Below are positions 48,915-58,971 of a stretch of 64,000 nucleotides of DNA, piece after piece. Position 1 is the first letter of the stretch. Each line of letters opens with the position of its first letter. Source of the DNA: Lingula anatina (Eukaryota > Animalia > Brachiopoda); the NCBI GenBank assembly GCA_051362555.1, contig CM120646.1, positions 1,364,001 to 1,428,000 on the forward strand. The letters run 5' to 3'. Made by a program: the position numbers and the translations under genes. The notes under the pieces were generated by a model. That model was given only the letters and a program-made list of their open reading frames with translations. It did no database searches and had not been told where the DNA came from.

Positions 48915-50045
48915 TTATGCTTTTTTAATATCAGTAGATCGTACCCATGAATTAAAACGGTTAGAGTAGCCTGCCCATTTCACAAAATGCTGTCTTGAGA
49001 CACCTTTACCTCTAGATTTCAAAATTTTTTCTACGCGGTACACATCGTCCTTTTTAATAACCCTTGTCAATTCTGGTTCATAAAATACACCTTCAATTTG
49101 CTCTCCATTGTAATCCACCACCCTGTACACAGGGGGCTTTCTCTTCAGTTTTGCAGATATTGTGAATATTTCCTGTGTCCAACCCTGCTCGTATCCTTTC
49201 GCAAAAGGAGTGCGTGTTTTACTTAATCTTACGGTGTCGCCCACTTTAAATTTAAAGTTTGTCTTCCCATTCTTTACTTTCCCATACAAATTTTCCCATA
49301 CGGTATTTGCATTTCGTGGATTGACATTAACAGGTGCCATATTTATGCTGCGGTGTCTTGCATGGTTATATCCAGACAATAACTCATCCAGTACTGTCAC
49401 ATATGTTAACGTACTATTTGCTGTGAAATATCTGAACAAACGGGCCTTCAAAGTTCTAATAACACGCTCAACCACAGAGCTTTTTCTTTCCGATTTTGTT
49501 GTGAAAAAAGCTATGCCTTGGCTCTTGAGGTACGCCTGAAATTTCCTATTTGTGAATTCCGTCCCTGCATCTGTTTGAAGAACTAGTGGTTTTCTGCCTT
49601 CGGATACAATGTTTTTAAACGCATCTAATACATTATCAGCCGTTTTCGATTTGATGGGTACGGCCCACGCGAATTTTGAAAATATATCAATCACGGTTAG
49701 TAAGTATTTCATTCCTTTATTGTATTTTGCTAATTTGCTTACGTCAGCCAAATCTCCCTGCCACTGGTCATCGATATAATTGACCATCACACGATTTGTA
49801 CTGAAGTGTTTTCTAACAGGCGCATGCAATGTATACACATCTTGGCTGGCAAGGAAATCTTCTATTTCCCGTCGACTAATCTTCCTGCCGTCTTTTCTAA
49901 CCGCATTATACAATTTTAACACGCCTCCAAAACTAGCGGGATCTGACGGATTGGTATACAATCCATGCAAATATGTATTGTTTTTAATCGGTCCTTTCTT
50001 TTTCTTCATTAATTTTTTGGAATCGCGTAACCCTTTCTTATACAT
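48915..50045 (-). CDS. Retroviral-like DDE integrase with C-terminal chromodomain
   Basis: QWQGDL, IDIFSKFAW, QTDAGTEF, VVERVIRTLK; chromo-like YRVEKIL...VKWAGYSNRFNSWV; first ATG at 50045. Confidence 0.96.
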   Translation of the reverse strand: MYKKGLRDSKKLMKKKKGPIKNNTYLHGLYTNPSDPASFGGVLKLYNAVRKDGRKISRREIEDFLASQDVYTLHAPVRKHFSTNRVMVNYIDDQWQGDLADVSKLAKYNKGMKYLLTVIDIFSKFAWAVPIKSKTADNVLDAFKNIVSEGRKPLVLQTDAGTEFTNRKFQAYLKSQGIAFFTTKSERKSSVVERVIRTLKARLFRYFTANSTLTYVTVLDELLSGYNHARHRSINMAPVNVNPRNANTVWENLYGKVKNGKTNFKFKVGDTVRLSKTRTPFAKGYEQGWTQEIFTISAKLKRKPPVYRVVDYNGEQIEGVFYEPELTRVIKKDDVYRVEKILKSRGKGVSRQHFVKWAGYSNRFNSWVRSTDIKKA

Positions 50046-50083
50046 CCCTTGTCTCAATCGATAACTAAATGTTTTTTCGATTC

Positions 50084-50557
50084 CTACGGATACTTATAGT
50101 TGTCATCAACCTCATCGTAAGGGGTATTGAGTAGTGTCATCACGGTACTCGGGGTACGTACAGCGGGGGTTGTATGACCCACGACAAAATTATCAACGAA
50201 TTTAAGGCGTTTTTGCGGTGTAAGTGGAACGTTAAAACGATTATTCAGTCTCTTTTCGACGGTATTCATAGTGCAGTGAGGCGAGTGTCGTTCGTGTTCG
50301 ACATCTGCCGCATCTCTCAGTGGATCCCAATTCTTTAGGTTTAAATTACAATAAAAACAATGTACCATATCGTTATGTTTAGGCGTTCGAGGATCTCTGT
50401 AAAAGCCGCTAATGGCTAAGGGTATAGGATTGACCAGTAATTTGCAGGGCCAATTGAGAAAGCTCAGTATTCGATCTTCTTCATTTGCATAAGGCATGCT
50501 CGGCCCATTTAGCTTTTCCCCCACCCCTGCATCCGATTCTAGATGTCCATCATCCAT
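50084..50557 (-). CDS. Single-BIR-domain (IAP/survivin-like) accessory protein
   Basis: EEDRILSFLNWP, LAISGFY, DMVHCFYC...W...EHERHSPHC (CxxC..H..C zinc ligands); no RING; first ATG at 50557. Confidence 0.88.
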   Translation of the reverse strand: MDDGHLESDAGVGEKLNGPSMPYANEEDRILSFLNWPCKLLVNPIPLAISGFYRDPRTPKHNDMVHCFYCNLNLKNWDPLRDAADVEHERHSPHCTMNTVEKRLNNRFNVPLTPQKRLKFVDNFVVGHTTPAVRTPSTVMTLLNTPYDEVDDNYKYP

Positions 50558-50834
50558 ACCAGATAATGAAATAATATAAAAAAAAGTCTGCAATCACATT
50601 ATTTTATTTGCTCTTTTTATAGTTAATGTGTCCAATATTTCAACCAATCAAACTAGTTCTAATATTTTTATACAGTTATTTCAACCAATCAAACTTCTTC
50701 TTATTATATTTGATACAATTACTTTATCCAATCAAATGTCTTTTTCTGTTATACATATTTACATACATTGTCTTAATGCATTTCTTAATTTTCATTCACA
50801 TCCACAATGCCAATTGTCTTTTACTGTTCAGTGT

Positions 50835-51692
50835 TCATTGTGGGTTTCGTTTGACACAGACAGTCTCACACGCATCGTAAGCAAGTCTTGCGAGGATAGT
50901 GTCAGGGACTAACACATGGTTTGGATCTTCCACGTCTTTACGAAAATCTTCCAGCAACGCAGCGGTCATGATGATGGAAAGGATGTACGGGTTTTCTGGT
51001 TGATTCAATTTTTGCTTCACCAGTTTGTAGGCCTTCAGTATTTCCCCGTGGCTCACAGCAGCTTTTGCCCTGGTGAAGTAGATGTGCACCGAAACCGCCC
51101 AGTCTGCCATGCATCCATCCATATGATGCTTTTGGGATCCGTGATCGGCTATACATCCAGTGCAGAACCTTCCTCGCATGGCCAGTAATTCTTTCACAAT
51201 GAACTTCACGTAGATGAGACGAACTAACGCTACGTCTGCCTCTACGTCGTTCTCTGCCCCGAACATTTTATCGTCGCCCGTTTTGGACTCGGCACTGGTC
51301 GATGTCAGAGGGATTACGCCCAATGCCTCGTTTATTTCAGGTACTTTGGTCAGCAGTGCCTCCCATGTGCTTTTATCAAGTGTTACATCGTATATTGGAG
51401 CATAAGCCTGACTTACTGGTTGGTAAACTATCTTCAACAGCGATTCCTCCTTCTCGATGTCGTACATCACCCGGACGCCATGGTTTTCTCCCACCTGCTG
51501 GTCTATTTCAGTGTCCTCTGTCATAGCAGCTTGAACAACGGGGACAATCTGTTGGAAATCTTGCCATGCCTCTCTCAACAGCCGAATCTTGTTCATTGTA
51601 TTCAATTCGCTGAATACAATCAAAGCAACCCCTTGCTTGCTCTGACATACAGTGACCATGATATCATCACTGAGTTTGAAGAATCGAGACAT
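50835..51692 (-). CDS. Accessory protein with two PC4/Sub1-like repeats and a CxxC-H-H-C motif
   Basis: Two beta-rich units ending IRLLREAWQDF and VTLDKSTWEAL; CTGCIADHGSQKHHMDGC; first ATG at 51692. The PC4 fold call is by pattern only. Confidence 0.6.
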   Translation of the reverse strand: MSRFFKLSDDIMVTVCQSKQGVALIVFSELNTMNKIRLLREAWQDFQQIVPVVQAAMTEDTEIDQQVGENHGVRVMYDIEKEESLLKIVYQPVSQAYAPIYDVTLDKSTWEALLTKVPEINEALGVIPLTSTSAESKTGDDKMFGAENDVEADVALVRLIYVKFIVKELLAMRGRFCTGCIADHGSQKHHMDGCMADWAVSVHIYFTRAKAAVSHGEILKAYKLVKQKLNQPENPYILSIIMTAALLEDFRKDVEDPNHVLVPDTILARLAYDACETVCVKRNPQ

Positions 51693-51765
51693 TATGCTGG
51701 TGGAACGTACGTACACTTTATGTCAGGATTTATACTGATATAGTCAAATAGCTCTTTCTCTTCTG

Positions 51766-52092
51766 CTTTTATAGAATCTAGTGACGTCATCAAGTTACCA
51801 CGGCAAAACATAAACAATCAATAAACATGTCCATATACGTCATCAAATCGCCATAGCGACGCGTAAACATTCCATTGACGTCATCAAATTACCATGGCGA
51901 CCCGTAAACAGTCAGGAGACATGCCCAGACTCATCATCAAATCGCCATAGCGACGCGTAAACAATCCCGTGACGTCATCAAATTACCATGGCGACCCGTA
52001 AACAATCAAGAGACATGCCCAGACTCGTCACCAAATCGCCATAGCGACGCGTAAACAATCCAGTGACGTCATCAAATTACCATGGCTACACG
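51766..52092 (-). promoter_or_regulatory. Putative promoter: TATA box plus 94-bp tandem repeat with four CRE palindromes
   Basis: TATAAAAG on minus at 51773-51766; TGACGTCA at 51782, 51876, 51970 and 52064 (exact 94-bp spacing). Confidence 0.7.
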
Positions 52093-52231
52093 TAAACATA
52101 TTTGTTTACTTGTTACGTCATGTCCCATTGTACGCTATAATTTTTCTTTGTCCTGTTACGTCATTAAAACAATGGGTTTTACGTCATTTAACGTCATTTC
52201 CTTTGTTACGCCAAAGTGCCCTCTTACTACT
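52093..52231 (-). repeat. Right terminal inverted repeat (139 bp)
   Basis: Reverse complement of 37163-37301; ends ACTACT followed by TSD cccaag. Confidence 0.97.
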
Positions 52232-52569
52232 CCCAAGTTATACATTAACCATTGGATAACTGGCTAGTTATCAATAATGATAAAACATCGAAATATGGTA
52301 CAAAATATTGTTTTAGACTGAATAAAATGCATTCATGTCTTGCGATGTTTAAAAAAAAACAGTGTATTTAAATATATATTCGATAAAGTGATACTGATTA
52401 ATTAGAGTCAGGCAAGAGATTTTGCAAAGAAATAATATCAGTAAAGATGCTACTCTTTGCATTCAAAATGAACAATATTGGTTTGAATATATTGCCAAAT
52501 ATAGCTAATTGCAAAATAATAAACTGGCTATGGATTAATATTCTATGGATAAATATATTTACGAACCAA

Positions 52570-53297
52570 TCTTGTTGGGAGAATGCATCAAGTTAATATA
52601 AATGGTGTGCTTTCTGAACTCTCACAGCTTTTATTTGGTGTTCCTCAGGGGAGTGTTCTCGGCCCGCTTAAGTTTTGTGTTTACACGTTACCCCTTGGAG
52701 CAATTCTGCGTTATCATAAGATAGGTTACCACTTTTATGCCGATGATACCCAGTTGTACACATCTTGTAACATCCATGATCCAGCATTGTCTGTGAACAC
52801 CATTGTTGATTGCATATCAGACCTCAGATGTTGGCTCATTTCAAACAAATTGAAGATAAATGATGGAAAAACAGAATTTTTAGTCATTACTCAACCCCAC
52901 AACGAGGGCCTTGCTCACAACTTAAAATTGGAGCTAGCATGGCATTTTCCTCCCCCCATGTGAAAAATTTAGGAGTATACTTTGATTCTACACTTTCAAT
53001 GGACAAACAGATCTCCAACATCACAAGGTCTTGTTTATTCAACATTCGGAATATTGGCATCATAAGGAAACATCTTAATCATTCATCTGCCGTTATGCAG
53101 TTATGCACTCATTGGTAACGTCCAGGCTAGACTATTGCAATTCTGTATTATATGGATGTCCAGATGACAAGATCAAAAGATTTCAACGCATCCAGAATAT
53201 CTCAGCACGGCTTTTAATGCTACAGCCTAGGGATTGCCATATCACTCCAATTTTAAAACATCTGCACTGGTTACCAGTTAGGCAAAAAATGATTTGA
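52570..53297 (+). mobile_element. Frameshifted L2/CR1-group LINE RT fragment
   Basis: GVPQGSVLGP, FYADDTQLY, LKINDGKTEF, SRLDYCNS, HITPILKHLHWLPV across broken frames. Confidence 0.9.
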
Positions 53298-54069
53298 AAA
53301 AAAAAAGACGTCAAAGAGCTAATATCCGTAAAGATAATCTTGCTGAAGCACGTAAGGAAGACGTTATACGTTGAATGCACGTAACATAGAAGAGAAGCAA
53401 AAAAATGAAGAATCATCCTTGGCTTGGCTTAGCAAGAAAGACTAAAGTAAAGAGAGGAAATTAGGGCATACTGACATAGAGTTAAGGAGAAGCAGAAACC
53501 CAACAATCATGAAAACAGTAGAACAAGAGGTGGAAATTAACGAGAGATGAAAAAGAAGAAAAGACTCCAAAAACAGGAATAAAGACTGAAAAAAAATTAA
53601 TTAATAAAAAAGGTCAGGCAACAGAAATTAAAGTCTGGTGAATGAAAGTCAAACTGAATGACACACAACCAAGCTCCAGCATCCACTGAAAAAACGTGAT
53701 GTGGTGTTTCTCTAAAAAACTCTTTGATTAATGCATGTACTTGTATCCTTTTGGTTAAAGTACTGCTGTTATATCTTTAGTTTGCTATTTCTTAGAATTT
53801 TGGCAAAAATAACTCGTAAACAATATGATATTTCAGTTACAAAAGCATCAGTTACTTGAATGTGTAGTGTCCGTACCCCCAGATCATAGTCTAAGGGGCG
53901 TTTGGCTTGAGCATAGCACAAAAAGTAATTAATATTGTGCTCTAAAAATTGTAGATATCATAGTTAAGATGTTATTCTTTTTATCTGTAACAAAATTAAA
54001 CAAATGCATCAGAGTTCATTTTTTCTCAATGTGACCCCTATTTTGTATCCCTGGTTGTGAAACAGCCGA

Positions 54070-57000
54070 AAAGGACGTGAGACGTAGTAAAAAAAGTGAC
54101 AGAGCTATTTTCAGCCAGTGGTGTGAGCGATCCAGTCCAACCACATTGTTGCTTCCCTTCCATGGGGATAGGAGTATTTGCGTTTATACCCTGATTCTAC
54201 ATGCTTGCGTATAAATGTACCTGTTGGCATGGGTTGCATCAAGCACCACACGTAAAGAGCATTGGCATCAGTTTAACAACATTGAAAAACGCATAGGCTA
54301 CTAACCCCGATTACCTGTTGATGGTTTTTGCTCAGAGACAAACACCGAGTATAAGTACCAAGGGTGTTATTTTCATGGCCACGGTTGTCATTTTAACCAA
54401 AACAAGGACGGCGCATTTAAAGAAATAAACGAAACGGACCCCTACATTGAACAAACGAAATTGATAGGGAGAACATTTTAGGGAGAATAATTGATGTCGC
54501 ATAGACAGTCATATGGCAACTGGCTGCGCGTAGGAAAATATTCAGAACGGAGCACTTGCGCTGAGATGACGTCGCGGTCGGAAATTTGTAAATTTCGCAA
54601 CCATCGCGGAAATTTATGAATTGTGCTTAATCGCCCTCATACGTGCTTGGGAAAAATAAAGACGTGGTAGTAGAGTTCACTACGCATCTCGACGCGTGCG
54701 ATTTACCTAAAAGTAAGCAGAAATAAAATAGCTAGAACTCGACGAAGTCGGCCAACGGGTCAATTTTGGGGTATAGCAACACTGTAACAATTTGAGATAT
54801 CTCCTTTATTAGAAATAACGCATCTTAGACAAGTCCGTAAAATGTGGCTTTTTTAATAAGAAATATAGGCCTAAGTGTCAAGTTTTTTGACCCTATTCCG
54901 CTAGATGTCAGCCCCATATTCTGACGTCATATTCTCCAATACAGAAGCAAGTGAAGGTCTGAAGATTATAATGAAATTTCGAAAAGTAAAATACTTTTCA
55001 CTTATTTGCACAATAAAATGGCCTTTTTAGTGTAATGTATAAAATCTGTGGTGTTAAACAAATTTTACCTTCATAGATGTCTCATTTCAAAAGACGGATG
55101 TTTATCGGTTTCGCACCTGCACAAAACAAGCGGAGAGATGCGAATCCTCCTCGAAATTTGCTGCCATAAGTTTAATCTGCACAATCCTGAGTTACGAGTA
55201 GACTGAACACAACATATTCATTCTGTTTACCATTGCGGACTTCGGCTCTGCTTACACTGTATGTTTTTTATTCATAGTAAATATAATGAAAATTAACCGA
55301 CTTCTTATCATCTCAGAACGGTGAATTGAGAATGGCTTCGATAGTTTTTTTTTCCCGTGGTGTGGAGGAGTTCTATTTGTAGGATATAAGAACAAGAAAA
55401 TTGGGCTTTTAAAGAAAAAGAAGACCTATATTTCTCATGGAAATCCTAAATTTTCCAGCTTAAAATATTATTCAAAAACTCAGTATGTCAATTAAGTCAA
55501 ATTTAAAATAATTTACCCTAAAATCTTGATTCTTCTATTATTCCACACCCTCTTCATTTTGCAACTATCGTATGAACTAAGCTACCGAACTGTTTGAAGG
55601 GATGTGGCATTTGGATCTTTGATACTTTTTGGATACATTTTTTTCTCTTGTCAAACTTGTTTACGAAAAAATTTATAAATAGGACATCGTTCTCAGGTTA
55701 GTTTTTATTATATTTGAATAAAATATTTAACCTTCAGCAGTATCAAGGTCGAGAAATTTCACTGTTTGGCAGAGGTATCGAGAAACGTCATTTTTTTTTT
55801 CAGTTTTATTTCGTTGACTGTTGAATTCGGGAGCAGTGTGACTAGATATATACTAGAGCAATACTTAAGTTTGATAATTTTCATTTATGATCCAACTACC
55901 AAGCTAATAAACATTTTTTCTCAAACTCTTATATTATCTTATAAAGGCTCTTTAACCAGCATCCAAAATTGAGCACAATTCTTTAAAAAATGGACTTGAA
56001 AATAAAAACGGTTGAACATTTGATCAGAGAGCCCACATGTAAAACTTCAAGTGTGAGTTCCTTTCGTCAAAGTAGAAAGCGCAACTGATAAAGGAGCAGG
56101 ATGTTCAACTAAATGTGATTCACTCACTTTCTTTCTTCTCTTTCTGTTCAAACATAAGCGATAACATAAGTAATACAATTAACATTTATTTTTTTCTCTA
56201 GACATTTTTTTGATGAACAAAACAACTTTGGATTCTCTGTTTCTCGCCACAGAGATTTCCGCAAAGAGGGGAAGGGATATGCTTTAATAATATAATGCTA
56301 AATGTGAATTTTGGAGCCTTATCCGCCAAGAAAATGATAGCGATTATATATTCTAATTTACCGCCACTTTTGTGAATTCTGAATTGATATGTAAAGTGTA
56401 TTCTAGTACTTTAGATGAACTGACAAATTTTAAATTACATCTGACAAAAAAAAAAAAAAAAAAAAAAAAATGCTGTTTCATGCACTAAAGATAAAAAATA
56501 CCTCTGTATTTTATGTTTGTGTTTCATTTTTACAAGGAAATTGCTTATTTTCACAGTCGAAAAGGAAAAAAATTCCGCACTGTTTAACTTAAAATAAACA
56601 AAAAATGTTTCCTGCACTGAAGAGAAAAGTATTTCTATATTGGCATTTCAATTTGATCAGGAGATTTCTGATTTCTAAACAGAAAATAATACTTCACTGT
56701 TTAACTTTAAACAGACAAAATAACTGCCGTTTATTGCGATAAGGAGAACAAATATTTCTATAGAATACATTAATGTTTCTTTTTCATTTGGATATTTCCT
56801 GATATTTAAAGACAAACAGGAAACATATTTTGTGCTGTATAACTTTAAAGTTGAAAATTTTTAAATTCTTAATTTGAAATGAAACATACGTGCCATTTCA
56901 ACATTAAAAAGAAAAGTGATTCATCTGAAAGAAAAAAAATATTCAATCTTAAAAACGAGCAGAAAAATTTGTTAAGCTTTGGATCAGAGAAATGTAGAGG

Positions 57001-57936
57001 TTTTTTTTGACTAAGAAGAAATAATACTATATTTTAAAGATGAAGAGCAGTAAAGCTTAGCTTTGAATCTGACAAACGTTGTGAAATAATGGTTGTGGCA
57101 TAAAAGGCCCAGCTCTAAATAGGTTGTTTACAGCCGTTTAAGTACAAATAGGCCACCACAACAGTTGCTTGACCAGCAAACAATACTGTTTTACTATATA
57201 ACGTACCTGGCTCTTATTATTATTCCGTCATTCATTAAATGCTGGACGCTCTATCAGTCAAATATAAATTACTTCAAGAAAAAGGCAAAGTCAATCTACC
57301 AAGTGCTTATGAAACACTCAATGTCACAATAATCTAGGTATTTGGCTTGCATACTTCTCCTTGCAAATTACACTACTCTTACCTATGTGTTAGCAGACCC
57401 TTGTTTGTTAACCTTTGTGCGACACGTCCAAATAAATCGTGTACCACCTCTTTTTTAGATCAATAAAAATGTGCGTCTTGTTGTTCATTCAATTCAATGA
57501 AAAACTACAAGAAACACCTATCCTTTCATATCTCACGTATACACCTACCATTTCAATCAATATAAGCATATTTTTCATAAATAAACAAAGAAATAAAAGA
57601 ATCACACTGTCACATTTTAATAGCTCTGCCACTTTACTATGGCATTTTAATATCTCTGCCATTTTTTTACTACTTCTCGCGTCCTTTTATTACTACTTCC
57701 TGTGATGAATATTACAAATGTTAAATGCACACTTTTTTTATTTACAAGCCGCAGGCCAAAACAATGAGGCGTGTAAAAAAAGAAGAAAGAGAGACAGGCT
57801 AAGAAAGCTCGGGTATAAGAAGAATTGAACCTTGACGTGTGATTTGATAAAAAAACAAGTTCAACTTTCATCGAGAAGGAGCGGGTTTGATTTCAGCTGT
57901 AAATACATTGTATACATTGCCAAAGAAAAAACATAT

Positions 57937-58003
<67 letters not shown>

Positions 58004-58970
58004 TGATTTAAAAAAAGATCACACCAGGTTTGCAATCAAGGCAACAATACCATTCTGTTACATGCAATACATATTCGAAATGATTGCCGGACCCTCACAC
58101 TGAACAAACAAAATGTTGAAATGGAGAACTCTTTAGGGAGAATAATTGATGTCGCACAGGCACGGGGTTTAGACAACCAACCTAGATACTTTGTCGAACA
58201 AATTCAATATTAAAGCAGATTTTCTTCTCTTTTCATATATTTTGCTTTTGATAGGGAAACTTTCCTTCTCGACAACAATTTGGTTCATACAGACCATTGA
58301 TTGTTGAAACAATTAACCTATACTATATGTCAAACAAATTCAGCTAACACACAAGCTTGTATAAATTTCTCAAAATAATATATTAAAGAATATCTTAAAG
58401 CATGCTTACCTTTTGCCATCTTTCTCCTCCATGGTAAAAACTAAACAAAACCTTTGAAGTGAAGTTGAAGAGAGAATTTTAGTCCGCGATAGCTGTATGT
58501 TGGAGTTGAAATGGCCACTTGTAACCGGTAAGCATGCCCTTTATACTTCAGCTTCTATTTACTTTCTCTACTGCTATCGGTTCGAAACATTTCCATTTTC
58601 ATTTAGGAATTTCTCTGACTCACCATCACATACACTGTATATGTGAATTTCAATTTATACACCAATGACTAAATAAAATCTTATATTATCTTGTATGAAT
58701 GTTTTTCGGCTTGAGTTTGATAATTTTCACTTATGATCGAACTACCAATGGACATTTTTGCTCAAACTCTTAACGTTAACCAGCAGCCAAAATTGAGCAC
58801 AATTTTTAGAAAGAAAAATTGACTTCGAAAAAAAAAAAACGATTGAGCATTTGATAAGAAAGTCCGCATTTAAAACGTCAAGTGTGCGTTCCTTCCGTAA
58901 AAAAAGAAACCGCTCAAGAGATGGAAAAGCAAAAGCACAACTGATAAAGGAGCAGGATGTTCAACTAAAT
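54070..58970 (+). repeat. Plus-orientation copies of the mosaic repeat family, with an unrelated ~1.3-kb segment near 54506-55835
   Basis: Matches 3232-3640 directly (ttgtaaccggtaagcatgccctttatacttcagc at ~58519) and 13150-17882 in reverse complement. Confidence 0.85.
57940..57998. repeat. (GA)n microsatellite
   Basis: Long pure GA run, expanded relative to the paralogous position in other repeat copies. Confidence 0.95.
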
Positions 58971-58971
58971 A

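Larger units (their letters stand above)
37163..52231. mobile_element. Full-length Maverick/Polinton (adintovirus-like, group 2 / Vsr-type pPolB), 15,069 bp
   Basis: Termini AGTAGT...ACTACT, 139-bp TIRs, 6-bp TSD cccaag (37157-37162, 52232-52237), and a complete set of pPolB, integrase, ATPase, protease, MCP and mCP. Confidence 0.98.

Noticed and set aside
47062-51743. Plus-strand ORFs overlapping MCP, PW, mCP, integrase and the PC4-like gene
   Set aside because: Antisense shadows of real genes, without motifs.
51782-52092. CRISPR-like array (also considered for 42910-43340)
   Set aside because: Whole units repeat with no unique spacers, there are no cas genes, and the context is eukaryotic.
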